Below, piece by piece: positions 17,733-27,693 of a stretch of 64,000 nt of DNA. Every line of letters begins with the position of its first letter. Within the stretch, counting starts at the first letter, position 1. The notes below the pieces were generated by a model, which saw only the letters and a list, made by a program, of their open reading frames with translations, ran no database searches and was not told the origin of the DNA. The position numbers were made by a program, and so were the translations under genes. The stretch comes from an uncultured bacterium (GTDB lineage Bacteria; Patescibacteriota; Patescibacteriia; CAIQCM01), in assembly GCA_963708045.1 (NCBI GenBank), contig OY970181.1, positions 259,740-323,739 on the forward strand, in the 5' to 3' direction.

Positions 17733-18185
17733 CTAGGCCGTGGCTCGGGGAAGTTCTTGGCTTCTTGTCTTATATGCCCGATCTACATAGAAATCCCGAG
17801 ACAGGACGATGTGGCTTAGCATATAAGCGAGCGCATCTTCGTCATTGCTCGGAACCATAGTTCTCATGGTGTCGGAAAGGGAGAGGGTGGCCTCGTGCTG
17901 TTCCGGAACCTTGAGAAAAGAAAGACTTGTGCCGCGCGCCGTCAATTGCTCGCAAAGAAAGCCTTGAATGGCATCAAAAGGTATGGGTGGACTGGCACCA
18001 TCTTCGGCGCGCAAGACAAAGGCCATGCTGAACGGGCCACCTTGCCACTTGCTAATGACCAGGCCGATTGGAATGAGCTTGCCGTTGTGTCTCAAACTTA
18101 AGACGCGGTAAAGGGCGGTAACCATAGGATCCTCCGTTTCTGTTGCTAGTTGCAAATCCTTCAGCTTTTGAACAAAAGCTACCAT
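17733..18185 (-). CDS. hypothetical protein (GC-rich)
   Basis: 150-aa ORF with no recognised motif. Forms a pair with the next ORF. Confidence 0.4.
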   Translation of the reverse strand: MVAFVQKLKDLQLATETEDPMVTALYRVLSLRHNGKLIPIGLVISKWQGGPFSMAFVLRAEDGASPPIPFDAIQGFLCEQLTARGTSLSFLKVPEQHEATLSLSDTMRTMVPSNDEDALAYMLSHIVLSRDFYVDRAYKTRSQELPRATA

Positions 18186-18257
18186 AAATGTTTAGCGCGG
18201 TCAACGCTAATGACAAACCCCACATCAAGCATCGTGCCTGTGTGGGGTCGGGGTTGG

Positions 18258-18674
18258 TTACTTGTGTGGTAAAAAATCTCTGGTAACCACGAGGTGGGTT
18301 TCAAACCCGGTTTTTTTGGCAGCTGGATCCTGAACAACCATTCTTTGAAAATAGTCTTCCAGTGCGCCGCGCAGGTCGCGAAGGTGATGTGAAGAGTCCA
18401 CGGAAATTGCCGGTTGCAAAACAAACCCTTGCTGTCGTTGCTTCTGAGGAAGCGTGAGTCTTCTTAGGTGTGTGCCACGGGCGATCTGTTGGACAATTTT
18501 GTCTGTCGCCTCACGAACCTCGTTGGCCCACGGAGTTTTCTCAAGGGGTATTTCCCGACCCGCCAAAAAAATGCCAATTAACTTGCTCGCCCCTGGCCCC
18601 GTAGCAACGAGTCCCAAGGTAATGGTTGGCATTCCGAGTCGCACACATTCCAAATAACGAATTTGTACTCGCAT
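18258..18674 (-). CDS. hypothetical protein (GC-rich)
   Basis: 138-aa ORF with no recognised motif. Confidence 0.4.
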   Translation of the reverse strand: MRVQIRYLECVRLGMPTITLGLVATGPGASKLIGIFLAGREIPLEKTPWANEVREATDKIVQQIARGTHLRRLTLPQKQRQQGFVLQPAISVDSSHHLRDLRGALEDYFQRMVVQDPAAKKTGFETHLVVTRDFLPHK

Positions 18675-18764
18675 GATTGCTCTCCCTCCAAAACTGCGGA
18701 CTTGCAGCTTCAGGTTTTTGTATCACAAAGATCGCGACCGGTCAATGATATGGCTTATAAAAAA

Positions 18765-20033
18765 TTAGTAACTAAACGCTTCAAAAAATATGTTTGCCGA
18801 ACGAACACCTTTTCTTTTTAGGCCGTCGGAAATTTCTTTCATCATCATTGCAGGTCCGCAAAGGTAGAATTTTTTATTTTTAACGCCATTACAGCGTCTT
18901 TCAATAATCTCGGCGGTAATGTGTCCGCGCCGATCGCTCTCGTGAATAAAATAATGAAAAGCCTCGTTGTTTTTGGAAAGCTCCTGAAGCTCGGTATTAT
19001 AAACCGCATCAAGCGCCGAGTTGGCCGAGTAAAAGAAAATCGTTTTTGGGAGACGGGTGCCCGAGCGCACGAGTGAAAGGAATGGGGTAATGCCGATGCC
19101 GCCAGCAATAAAAACATTTTCATCGGACGAATTAAAATTTGAAAAGAATTTTCCGTATGATCCGTGAACACAAACACGATCGCCCGCGGCAACATTTTTT
19201 AATTTATCAGTGTAGTCACCAAGCTCTTTTGCGGCAAAGCGCAAATTTTGTTCATCTGGCGCTGAAGAGAATGAAAACGGATGTGCTTCTCGGCTTACAG
19301 CCTTTGAGCGAAACGAAAAATATCCAAACTGTCCGAAAGAAAATTTTATATTTTTATTTTCTGGTGTCAGGGTAAATTCGCTAATGTCGCCGCCCATATC
19401 GCGTCGCTCTTTGACGGTATAAAAAGCTTTGGGCGCGATAAAATAATACAAAATTTCGCGATAGAACCAGGCGGCAAAACCGGCGATCATTACCGTTGCC
19501 ATAAACGTGCCAAGCGGCGCGTAGCGCGCGACGTCGCTTGTTATGGTAAACAAGTGTAAAATGCCAAACGCGAGCGGGAGGGCAAAGAATTTTTGGATAA
19601 TCACGAAGGCGCGATAGGGGATATGGATAAAAATAATCGTGACCACAACCGCCGCCATCATGATTAGCGCGAATGCGCCATAAACATAAGGAGGAAGTTG
19701 CGAAATAAAAATCGCGTTAAAAATCGCCGTGCTGTTTATGGCAAGCGCGAGAAAATGAATCGTTAAAAATGAAAACGCCCAAACGCCAAAGCGGTGATGG
19801 GCGCGATAAACGCGATCCAATCCCCCAAAAGCGGTTTCAATTATCGCGAAGCGCGTGGCAAGTAAAAAAGATAAAGAAAAAAGGATGGCGCCAAAGAGGG
19901 CGCTAAGCTGAGCCAAGCTTAAAAACGGCCGCAACAAAAGCACGGACAAATTATTTTTGGAAAGAAAATACAGAACCAGTGTTTCGGCGAGAATTAGAAA
20001 AACAATCGGGTAACCTAGTCGTTTTGGAGTCAT
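18765..20033 (-). CDS. ferric-reductase/NOX-like flavocytochrome (ferric reductase TM domain + FAD-binding + NAD-binding)
   Basis: N-terminal 6-TM heme domain with paired His residues. HPFSFSS FAD-binding motif. GGIGITPFLSLV NAD(P)-binding glycine motif. Confidence 0.75.
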   Translation of the reverse strand: MTPKRLGYPIVFLILAETLVLYFLSKNNLSVLLLRPFLSLAQLSALFGAILFSLSFLLATRFAIIETAFGGLDRVYRAHHRFGVWAFSFLTIHFLALAINSTAIFNAIFISQLPPYVYGAFALIMMAAVVVTIIFIHIPYRAFVIIQKFFALPLAFGILHLFTITSDVARYAPLGTFMATVMIAGFAAWFYREILYYFIAPKAFYTVKERRDMGGDISEFTLTPENKNIKFSFGQFGYFSFRSKAVSREAHPFSFSSAPDEQNLRFAAKELGDYTDKLKNVAAGDRVCVHGSYGKFFSNFNSSDENVFIAGGIGITPFLSLVRSGTRLPKTIFFYSANSALDAVYNTELQELSKNNEAFHYFIHESDRRGHITAEIIERRCNGVKNKKFYLCGPAMMMKEISDGLKRKGVRSANIFFEAFSY

Positions 20034-20038
20034 AAAAA

Positions 20039-20410
20039 CTATTTAACAAGATACTTTTCAATCATTTTAAGATTGTCGCCATGTTGACCTTGAAAAATTA
20101 ACGTCATGTCAGTTCCGCAGTTAAAAACATCGCCACCCGTGTGCGTGTTACGCAATTCAGTAACGTCGTATTGTTTTCCCAAAACCGTGATAATGCAGCG
20201 ATTGGCATTTATGTTTGGTGTCGGTATGTTCTTGTTCTTATTAAGCGCGGGAATGGTTTTTGTAACCGGTTGGTTGGTTGTGGAAACGGTTTTTTGTTGA
20301 GGTAGGTTTGTTTTGCTTAAAAAATTACGTCCATAAAAAATACCAGCACCAGCGGCAACAACGACGATAAGTCCGTAAAAAACAATGTTGAGAATGATTT
20401 TTTTAGACAT
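20039..20410 (-). CDS. membrane-anchored cytochrome b5-like heme-binding domain protein (tentative)
   Basis: N-terminal TM anchor. The stretch ...QYDVTELRNTHTGGDVFNCGTDMTLIFQGQHGD follows the YDVT...HPGG...H pattern of cytochrome b5 domains. Sits 5 nt upstream of the NOX-like gene. Confidence 0.45.
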   Translation of the reverse strand: MSKKIILNIVFYGLIVVVAAGAGIFYGRNFLSKTNLPQQKTVSTTNQPVTKTIPALNKNKNIPTPNINANRCIITVLGKQYDVTELRNTHTGGDVFNCGTDMTLIFQGQHGDNLKMIEKYLVK

Positions 20411-20463
20411 AATTATCTATTGATAAGTTGGCTCAAGAATGTTAATTTATAAGGCACGATATT

Positions 20464-21678
20464 ATGAGTGAGAAAAAAGAAGTCTATCTTGATTACGCAG
20501 CGGCGACGCCACTGGATGCGCGCGTTGTTTTGGCAATGAAACCGTATTTTGACGGTATTTTTGGCAATCCTTCGTCCTTACATTCGTCCGGCCGACGTGC
20601 CAAAACCGCGCTTGATGACGCGCGCGACGTAGTCGCCAAAGTTCTTAATTGTCGGGCAAGCGAGATTGTTTTTACGTCGGGTGGCACGGAGTCTGATAAT
20701 TTGGCCGTTTTCGGCGTTCTTAGAAAGAACAAAGCCCGATGCAATCATATTATCACGAGTACGATTGAACACCACGCCATTTTAAATCCAGTTGAACAGC
20801 TGGCGAAAAACGAAGGTTTTTTTTCCGACTACATTAAAGTTAATCGTGAAGGAATCATTAATCCAACCGACGTTGTTTCTAAGATTACAGACAAAACCGC
20901 GCTCGTGAGCATAATGTATGCGAACAACGAAATCGGCACGATTCAACCGCTTGTTGAGCTTGGCAAAGCAATTGCCGATTGGAAAAAAGAAAATGGCAGA
21001 AAGGCTGATGAGCCGCCGTATTTTCATACCGACGCTTGTCAGGCCGCGGGTGCGCTTTCGCTGGACGTTAAAACACTTGGCGTTGATCTGCTAACTTTAA
21101 ACGGTTCAAAAATTTGCGGACCAAAAGGAGCGGGCGTGCTCTTTGTAAAAACTGGAACAAAAATAGAACCGCTTATTTACGGCGGTGGCCAAGAATGGCG
21201 ATTGCGTTCGGGAACAGAAAACGTTGCCGCGATTGTCGGGCTTAGCGAAGCGCTTAAAATTTCTGCGGCTGAAAAAGAAAAGGAAAACGCTCGGCTAATT
21301 CCTTTGCGCGACAAATTAATTGCGGGCATGCTTTCAATTTCAAAGACCTTTGTGAACGGGCACCTAGCCAAGCGTCTTCCTAATAACGTCAACGTAACAA
21401 TTTTGGACATTGAAGGCGAGGCAATGGTTTTGTATCTTGATGAACAGGGCTTTTGCGTTTCCACTGGTTCCGCTTGTACCTCGGCTAACCTAGAGCCGTC
21501 GCATGTCATTCGCGCCCTTGGCCTTCCTTATGAAGCGGCGCACGGCTCGCTCCGCGTGACGCTCGGACGCTTTACGACCGAAGAAGAAATTGATGCCTTC
21601 CTCGCCGCCTTGCCACCGATTGTGGAAAAGCTTCGTAAACTTTCCCCAGTGCGATTGGATATGAAGAATTTTAAGTAA
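20464..21678 (+). CDS. iscS: cysteine desulfurase IscS/NifS (class V aminotransferase)
   Basis: SGGTESDNLA and the PLP-lysine region (...SKICGPKGAGVLFV). Catalytic Cys loop (STGSACTS). Confidence 0.9.
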   Translation: MSEKKEVYLDYAAATPLDARVVLAMKPYFDGIFGNPSSLHSSGRRAKTALDDARDVVAKVLNCRASEIVFTSGGTESDNLAVFGVLRKNKARCNHIITSTIEHHAILNPVEQLAKNEGFFSDYIKVNREGIINPTDVVSKITDKTALVSIMYANNEIGTIQPLVELGKAIADWKKENGRKADEPPYFHTDACQAAGALSLDVKTLGVDLLTLNGSKICGPKGAGVLFVKTGTKIEPLIYGGGQEWRLRSGTENVAAIVGLSEALKISAAEKEKENARLIPLRDKLIAGMLSISKTFVNGHLAKRLPNNVNVTILDIEGEAMVLYLDEQGFCVSTGSACTSANLEPSHVIRALGLPYEAAHGSLRVTLGRFTTEEEIDAFLAALPPIVEKLRKLSPVRLDMKNFK

Positions 21679-21679
21679 C

Positions 21680-21750
21680 AGAGATTAGAAATTTGAGATT
21701 AGATTGTAGAAGTTGGTTTTTCGTCTTCTAATATCTAATCTCATCCCCAT
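21680..21750. repeat. Family-A related palindromic repeat (gattagaaatttgagattagattgtag...tcttctaatatctaatctcat)
   Basis: Shares the (a)gattaga / ctaatatctaat motifs. Lies between iscS and iscU and overlaps the annotated longer iscU start. Confidence 0.5.
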
Positions 21751-22408
21751 GAGTATGAACACCCCCGACGTTGTCTCAAAAGACGAAAAAAATAAGTGGC
21801 TTTATTCCGAAGTGGTTAAAGAACATTTTTTTAACCCGCATAATTTTATGGTTGACGACGAAGGGTATGATCATGATGGTATTGGCATGGTCGGCTCGCC
21901 AGCCTGTGGTGATATGATGACGGTTTGGATCAAAGTTGGTCCGACAACGGAAAAAATTATTGATATGAAGTGGCGGACGTTTGGTTGTGGTTCGGCAATT
22001 GCGTCCACCTCAATGCATTCGGTAATGGTGACGGAAAACGGCGGCCGAACCATAGAGGAAGCGCTCGCGATTCGCCCTCAGCATATTATTGAACGACTGG
22101 GCGGGCTTCCTGATCGCAAAATTCACTGCTCGGTGCTTTCGGACAAGGCTCTGCGCGCCGCGGTTAACGACTATTTTCGCCGCAGTGGCAAAAAAGACAG
22201 AATGATGACCGAAAAAAGTCGCGTCATTGATAAGGTTTTAAATATCACTGATCATGATATTGAAGAAGCGGTGCTGGAGGGCGCCGACACACTGGAAAAA
22301 GTCCAAGCGCGTACCAAGGTTGGTACTGGCGATGCTTCGTGCATTCCCGAGGTTGAACAGTTGATTAGGTTTTATAAGGAGAAATACTTTAAGGCGCCGA
22401 ACTTTTAA
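21749..22408 (+). CDS. iscU: Fe-S cluster assembly scaffold IscU/NifU-like with C-terminal extension
   Basis: NPHNFMVDDEGYDHDGIGMVGSPACGDMMTVWIKV...WRTFGCGSAIASTSM...IHCSVL shows the three conserved Cys of IscU. Start probably MSMNTPD at 21749. Confidence 0.85.
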   Translation: MSMNTPDVVSKDEKNKWLYSEVVKEHFFNPHNFMVDDEGYDHDGIGMVGSPACGDMMTVWIKVGPTTEKIIDMKWRTFGCGSAIASTSMHSVMVTENGGRTIEEALAIRPQHIIERLGGLPDRKIHCSVLSDKALRAAVNDYFRRSGKKDRMMTEKSRVIDKVLNITDHDIEEAVLEGADTLEKVQARTKVGTGDASCIPEVEQLIRFYKEKYFKAPNF

Positions 22409-22470
22409 CTTTTAACTATTAACTTTTAGGAAAAACCTAATAGTTAAAAGTTAACAGTTAACAGTTAGTT
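22405..22470. repeat. Family-B palindromic repeat (aacttttaac / gttaaaagtt arms)
   Basis: ttaacttttaactattaacttttagg...cctaatagttaaaagttaacagttaacagttag forms a hairpin. Confidence 0.6.
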
Positions 22471-22472
22471 AT

Positions 22473-22742
22473 ATGAAACTAAAAATCTCCGTTGACCCTA
22501 TAATGTGCTATGGCGCCGCCGCTTGCGTCACGGTGTCGCCGGATCATTTTGCTTTAAACAGCGACGCCAAAGCGATTGTTCTTGATAATGGCGAAACAGC
22601 AAAACTAGACAGCCGTATTTACGAGCGGGTGATTGAAGCTGACGAAGCTAAAAAAGAAGAAATAATTTTGGCCGCCAAGTCTTGTCCCGTCGCCGCGATT
22701 TCCGTTTGGAACGCAGACACCGGAGAGAAATTGTATCCATAG
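22473..22742 (+). CDS. ferredoxin (single [4Fe-4S] type)
   Basis: 89 aa with CYGAAAC...C...CP cluster-binding spacing. Follows iscS-iscU. Confidence 0.65.
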   Translation: MKLKISVDPIMCYGAAACVTVSPDHFALNSDAKAIVLDNGETAKLDSRIYERVIEADEAKKEEIILAAKSCPVAAISVWNADTGEKLYP

Positions 22743-22867
22743 TTTAGCCAATGGCTCGTGGCAAATTGCACATAGCTAGATAAAAAAATTATCCCGAAGT
22801 TATCGGGGTAATTTTTTATTATTTGCTATAGGCTATTAGCCATTTACCAAAAGCCACGGGCCACGTG

Positions 22868-23299
22868 CTACTTGCCAATGGCCGGAATGCCCGCGGGACG
22901 AATTTGAATGTCGGTCGCGGAAACTGAGCCGTCGGAATTGGTCGTGCCGGTCGCGATAATATTTTCTCCGGTTTTTAGATCAGTGGTTGTTCCTTCAACG
23001 GTTTTGCTAACCTTAGTTGCGCTAGAAAAGAAAATTATTTTTGATCCGCCGCTTGTCAAAGAAATGGTTATGCTTTTATCGTCGGCGGAAAGAATTTGGC
23101 CAATCGCGCCGCGATTTCCCGCCCCCATCGCCCCGCGCGCGGGGCCGTTACTATTTTGTCCGACAACACCGCGGAAGTTAGCGCCGTTAAAATTCGGCGC
23201 GGCAGTATTTTTAGTTTTTCCAAAAACCGTCCCGCCATAGAAAGCGGCAACGCCGACAACAATAACGACAACGATGGTGATAATAAGATTTTTTTTCAT
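22868..23299 (-). CDS. membrane-anchored/secreted Gly/Thr-rich hypothetical protein
   Basis: N-terminal TM (LIITIVVVIVVGVAAFYGG) followed by a low-complexity G/T/S-rich domain. Confidence 0.45.
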   Translation of the reverse strand: MKKNLIITIVVVIVVGVAAFYGGTVFGKTKNTAAPNFNGANFRGVVGQNSNGPARGAMGAGNRGAIGQILSADDKSITISLTSGGSKIIFFSSATKVSKTVEGTTTDLKTGENIIATGTTNSDGSVSATDIQIRPAGIPAIGK

Positions 23300-23372
23300 A
23301 ACTTTGCAGTTAGTTTTTAGCCGTTAACTTTTAGAAAGAAACTAAAAGTTAAAAGTTAAAACCTAAAAGTTG
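23300..23372. repeat. Family-B palindromic repeat
   Basis: agtttttagccgttaacttttagaaagaaactaaaagttaaaagttaaaacctaaaagttg. Confidence 0.55.
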
Positions 23373-23375
23373 TAG

Positions 23376-24599
23376 CTATTCATACCTAAGCGCCTCAATC
23401 GGATTCAAGCGGCTCGCGCGGCGCGCTGGATAATAGCCAAAGACAATGCCGATTGCGGCCGAAACGCCGAAGGCGAGCAAGACGGAGGTGGTGCTGACCG
23501 ACGCGGCAATATTTCCAAGCTTACTAATAAGGAAAGCGGCCAGCCAACCTAAGATAATTCCAACAACTCCTCCCAAAATTGTGAGCGCCGCCGCTTCGGC
23601 CAAAAATTGTCGGGAGATGTCGCGCGCGCGAGCGCCAATCGCTTTGCGTAGTCCAATCTCGCGCGTGCGTTCGGTTACGGTCGTGAGCATCATATTCATA
23701 ATCCCGATGCCGCCAACGACAAGCGAAATCGCGGCGACTGATCCGAGGAGAAGGGTGAAAGTACTCGCGATAGACGAAGCGGCTGAGATGATGTCGTTTT
23801 GGTTCATCACGCTAAAGTCGGCGAGGGTCGGATCGGAAATTTTGTGTTGGGTTAGAAGAATGTCGGTTACCTGCGTCTGTAGATCGGTCATCACTTTTGT
23901 ATTTTGAGCCTGGAGATCAATGTTTGTAACGCGGCTGTTTCCAGTAAGAAAACGCTGAGCCGTGCTTATCGGAATAAAAACAATTTCGTCTTGACTGCCA
24001 AAGCCGCCTGACCCCTTGGATTTTAGGACGCCGATGACGCTAAATTCAATGTTTTTAATTTTTATTTTTTCGCCTGTCGGGTCGGTACCCTCGCCAAAGA
24101 GGTCATCGCGCACGGTTGAACCAAGGACGGCGACTTTGTTCACGTTAGCAACATCTTCGTCGGAAATAAAATTACCAAGGTCAACAGTAATATTACGTAC
24201 GCTGACGTAGTCTGGGGTCGTTCCGTTGGTCGTGGCGTTAGTATTTGTGCCTTTGGCAACGATCTGATACCGGCTAGAAACCTCGGCGGTTATTTTGTTA
24301 TAAAGGGTGGCTTCGTTTTTAATCGCGTCGTAATCGTTCATCGTTAAAGTTTGTGCCGAACCGCGTCCTTGGCTTACGGCTTGTCCAACGCCGCGCTGCG
24401 CGCCTGGCGACACCAAAATTAAATTTGAGCCAAGCGACTGGATGCTTGAGGAAATGGAATTCTGCGTGCCGGTACCAATACTGATCATCGCGATAACCGA
24501 AGCAATGCCGATGACAATACCCAAAATCGTAAGCCCAGAACGGGCCTTATTAGCAGACAAGGCAAAGTATGTTTCGTCTAACAAATCGGATGTTTTCAT
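23376..24599 (-). CDS. ABC transporter permease, MacB/FtsX family (MacB periplasmic core domain + FtsX 4-TM)
   Basis: 407 aa with an N-terminal TM, a large periplasmic domain, and three C-terminal TM helices (...LRKAIGARARDISRQFLAEA...). Confidence 0.8.
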   Translation of the reverse strand: MKTSDLLDETYFALSANKARSGLTILGIVIGIASVIAMISIGTGTQNSISSSIQSLGSNLILVSPGAQRGVGQAVSQGRGSAQTLTMNDYDAIKNEATLYNKITAEVSSRYQIVAKGTNTNATTNGTTPDYVSVRNITVDLGNFISDEDVANVNKVAVLGSTVRDDLFGEGTDPTGEKIKIKNIEFSVIGVLKSKGSGGFGSQDEIVFIPISTAQRFLTGNSRVTNIDLQAQNTKVMTDLQTQVTDILLTQHKISDPTLADFSVMNQNDIISAASSIASTFTLLLGSVAAISLVVGGIGIMNMMLTTVTERTREIGLRKAIGARARDISRQFLAEAAALTILGGVVGIILGWLAAFLISKLGNIAASVSTTSVLLAFGVSAAIGIVFGYYPARRASRLNPIEALRYE

Positions 24600-24615
24600 A
24601 CGGCAAGATATTGGT

Positions 24616-25332
24616 TTATTGTTTTGCGGCGGTTTTTGTTTTTAATATTTTGTGGTCGGACAAATCTGAAAGAATCATCCCGTCGCGAATCTGGATTATT
24701 CGGTCGGCGTGCGCTGCGACTTCGTGTTCGTGGGTGATTAGAACAATCGTATGACCAAATTTTTTATTAAGTTCTTCAAAGGTGGCAAGGACAATTTCAC
24801 CAGTCTTGCTGTCCAAGTTCCCCGTTGGTTCATCGGCCAGAATAAGCGACGGATTTCCGACGAGCGCTCGCGCGATCGCGACGCGTTGCATTTGTCCGCC
24901 GGAAAGTTCGTTGGAAAGATGTTGAAAATGGCTTTCGTCCATTCCTGCCGATTTTAAAGCGGCGCGCGCGCGTTCGGTTCGTAACTCTTTTGATACATCG
25001 TCGTAAATTAGGGGCATTTCAACATTGCGGAGAACGGTTGCGCGGCGCAAGAGATTAAACGACTGAAAAACAAAACCGATTTTTTTGTTGCGCAGTTCGG
25101 AGAGTTCGTCGTCGGTCATCGCCGAAACATCTTTGCCATCTAAAAGATAGGCGCCCTCGGACGGTTTGTCTAAAGCGCCGATGATATTCATAAGCGTTGA
25201 TTTTCCAGAACCGGACGGCCCGACAATTGCCACAAATTCGCCGTCGTTTATTTTAAGCGAGACGTTTTTTAGGGCGAGAAATTCGTTCTCGCCGCTTAAA
25301 TATTTTTTTGAGACGTTAATGCATTCAATCAT
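24616..25332 (-). CDS. ABC transporter ATP-binding protein (MacB/LolD-type)
   Basis: Walker [13 protein letters not shown], signature [15 protein letters not shown], Walker [13 protein letters not shown]. Confidence 0.9.
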   Translation of the reverse strand: MIECINVSKKYLSGENEFLALKNVSLKINDGEFVAIVGPSGSGKSTLMNIIGALDKPSEGAYLLDGKDVSAMTDDELSELRNKKIGFVFQSFNLLRRATVLRNVEMPLIYDDVSKELRTERARAALKSAGMDESHFQHLSNELSGGQMQRVAIARALVGNPSLILADEPTGNLDSKTGEIVLATFEELNKKFGHTIVLITHEHEVAAHADRIIQIRDGMILSDLSDHKILKTKTAAKQ

Positions 25333-25386
25333 TTAATTTTTTGAGACTAGAAATTTGAGATTTGAATTATAAAGTTGGACGTCGGG

Positions 25387-27195
25387 TTAGTGTCCAGTCG
25401 GCGCAAAGCCGCCGCCCGTGCGAACTGCTCCGCCGCCAGTTTGCAAAATACTGCGGCTTTGCGTCGCGGAAGTTGCCGAAGAGGTCGTGGCACTAGTTGC
25501 GGCGATGGTTTTAACCACAAAGACTTCGTCTTCGGTAAGTCCGGATACGACCTCGGTATTTGTGCCGTCGCTTAAGCTGACTTCAATTATTTTTTGAATC
25601 GGCGCGGCGGAAAGAGTAACGCCTGTGCGGCTGTTTCCAAGGTCGGCAACCGTTTCGCTTGGAACAAGCACATAGCTTATTTCGTTGGCTGTTTTTATAG
25701 CCGAACTCGGTACGATCAAAACATTCTGGCGTGAATCAATAATAATTGAAGCAGTGATGCTCATTCCCGGGCGGACGCGGTCGTCCTGCGTATCAAAAAC
25801 GATTTGACTGCCGTAGGTTACTACGCCCTGAGAAACGGCGCCGAGCGCGTCAATTTCCGAAACCGTGCCGGTAATAGAAAGGCCGTCTATGGCATCAAAC
25901 GTAACTGTCGCTTTGTTCCCGACCTTAACTTTAACCGCATCAATTTCGTTTAAAGTAATTGACGAGCTAAGTTGTTTGGTGATAATCGTCGCGGCCGATG
26001 TGCCGTTTGAAACGGTATCGCCTTTTTTAACGGCGAGCGAAGCAATAACGCCGTCAAACGGCGCGCGAATATAATAATCAGCCAGCGCCGTGTTTGCGTC
26101 GGAAAGCGCGTTTTGTTTGCTGGCAATATTAATTTGCGCGTTGCGCAGATCGGAGTCCGAGGGGCCGGCTTGGGTTTTTGCGAGCGAGGCGGTTTTTTCG
26201 GCAATCGTCCGATCGGCGTCGGAAATGGACTGAGTATAATTTTTAATTGATTGGGTATAGCCGAGAAGCGACGAAAGTAAACTGTTGATTTTTGAGGTGA
26301 AGCCGTTGAGGTTTGAAAGCAGTGTGTTAGCCGCGGCAATCGGCGCAATTCCGTGCTCGGTCAGACGATCTTCGTAAAATTGCACCAAGTTGTTGGCCGA
26401 AAGAACGGCTTGGGAAATAAGCTGGGACGTGGCGTAGGTTTCGTTCAGAAGCGCGGTGGTCGCTGCCGTGTCGGAAGATCGTCCGCTGTTTTTATAATCA
26501 AGAAAGTTCGCATCGTAAGCGGCGCGGGCGGCTGTGTAGTCTTTTGCTGCCGAGTCGCGGAAAAGATCGGCCGAAAGGTCATAAACTTTGGCCGAGTCGG
26601 CTAAGTAGTCAAGATTGCTTTGCTGTTTACTGATGTCGTATCCGTAGAGCGCATTTTTAATGCCGCTTACAATATTGGGAAAGTCCAAGAAAGCGCTCGC
26701 GATGGCATTTTGCGCATCGGCATAAGCCTTGTTTAAATTGTCTCGGCTTGAAGTTTTGCCGTTCTCAGCGTTTATGAGCGCATTTTGTGATTGAAGCAAA
26801 GTAAGTTCATCAACCGGGCTGGTAAGGTCTTTAAGCGAAAGCTGGGCGGTTTCCAGATTTGTCCGCGCGTCGCGTACGGCCTTTAAAGCCGTAGTGCTGT
26901 CAATTGTAGCAAGAAGCTGGCCAGACTTTACCGTGTCACCCTCCTTAATAACTAGAGAAGTAATGTTTCCCGAGGCCTTGGCTTTTACGTCTAATTGATT
27001 AGTGGCGGCAATTTGTCCAGTTCCGCTGATGGTTGAAATAATATTACCCTTGCTCGCTTTGGCCAGAACATAATGTGCCTCCTGGGGCTTGTTCGTTACG
27101 GCCTTAAATGAATAATAGCCGCCGGTTGCAAGCGCTAAAATAAATATTGCCGTAATAAATTTGTGACGAATAAGAAAGCTAAAGATTTTTTTCAT
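25387..27195 (-). CDS. periplasmic adaptor (membrane-fusion/HlyD-MacA-like) protein with extended coiled-coil and Gly-rich C-terminus
   Basis: 602 aa. N-terminal TM, biotinyl/lipoyl-like beta segments flanking a long coiled-coil, C-terminal ...TGGGAVRTGGGFAPTGH. Confidence 0.7.
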   Translation of the reverse strand: MKKIFSFLIRHKFITAIFILALATGGYYSFKAVTNKPQEAHYVLAKASKGNIISTISGTGQIAATNQLDVKAKASGNITSLVIKEGDTVKSGQLLATIDSTTALKAVRDARTNLETAQLSLKDLTSPVDELTLLQSQNALINAENGKTSSRDNLNKAYADAQNAIASAFLDFPNIVSGIKNALYGYDISKQQSNLDYLADSAKVYDLSADLFRDSAAKDYTAARAAYDANFLDYKNSGRSSDTAATTALLNETYATSQLISQAVLSANNLVQFYEDRLTEHGIAPIAAANTLLSNLNGFTSKINSLLSSLLGYTQSIKNYTQSISDADRTIAEKTASLAKTQAGPSDSDLRNAQINIASKQNALSDANTALADYYIRAPFDGVIASLAVKKGDTVSNGTSAATIITKQLSSSITLNEIDAVKVKVGNKATVTFDAIDGLSITGTVSEIDALGAVSQGVVTYGSQIVFDTQDDRVRPGMSITASIIIDSRQNVLIVPSSAIKTANEISYVLVPSETVADLGNSRTGVTLSAAPIQKIIEVSLSDGTNTEVVSGLTEDEVFVVKTIAATSATTSSATSATQSRSILQTGGGAVRTGGGFAPTGH

Positions 27196-27201
27196 AATTT
27201 T

Positions 27202-27684
27202 TTATCGGTTCATCATTGAAGGATTAAGGGGAGCAGGGACGGGCGGCATAACACGAATAAGTTTGGCGCCAATTTGCCCGCCGACCGTCGGCTCGCCAAT
27301 TATAACGACAAACTGGTCGGTTTTAAGTTGCGAAAAAGGAATTTGATCGCGGAACATTCGGATCATTGTCGTCTCGTTGGTGGAAATAATTTTTTCGGCA
27401 TTGTTTGGTTCCTCAATAAAAAGAAATGGCTCGTTGATTTTAATTATTTTTCCAGCCGCGCCATTGGCGTTCATAAAATTACGATCATTTATTTTTTCAC
27501 CAAGCGATGGTGTTTGATTGGTAAAAATATTCCGATAGTTTTCTCCAAGGCTGTGGGAAAAGTCGGCTTTTTTAAAACCAGCGATCATTCCCAGTTTAAA
27601 AACGGCCAAACTAAAAATAATGACGCCAACGATAATGGCGGCGGTTTTGATGGTTTTAGAATTAGAGAAATTATTTAAGTTCAT
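27202..27684 (-). CDS. membrane-anchored hypothetical protein
   Basis: 160 aa with an N-terminal TM. No motif. Confidence 0.4.
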   Translation of the reverse strand: MNLNNFSNSKTIKTAAIIVGVIIFSLAVFKLGMIAGFKKADFSHSLGENYRNIFTNQTPSLGEKINDRNFMNANGAAGKIIKINEPFLFIEEPNNAEKIISTNETTMIRMFRDQIPFSQLKTDQFVVIIGEPTVGGQIGAKLIRVMPPVPAPLNPSMMNR

Positions 27685-27693
27685 AAGTTTTGA

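Noticed and set aside
18845-19195. 116-aa minus-strand ORF inside the ferric reductase gene in another frame
   Set aside because: Nested frame-shadow. The host ORF carries the FAD/NAD motifs.
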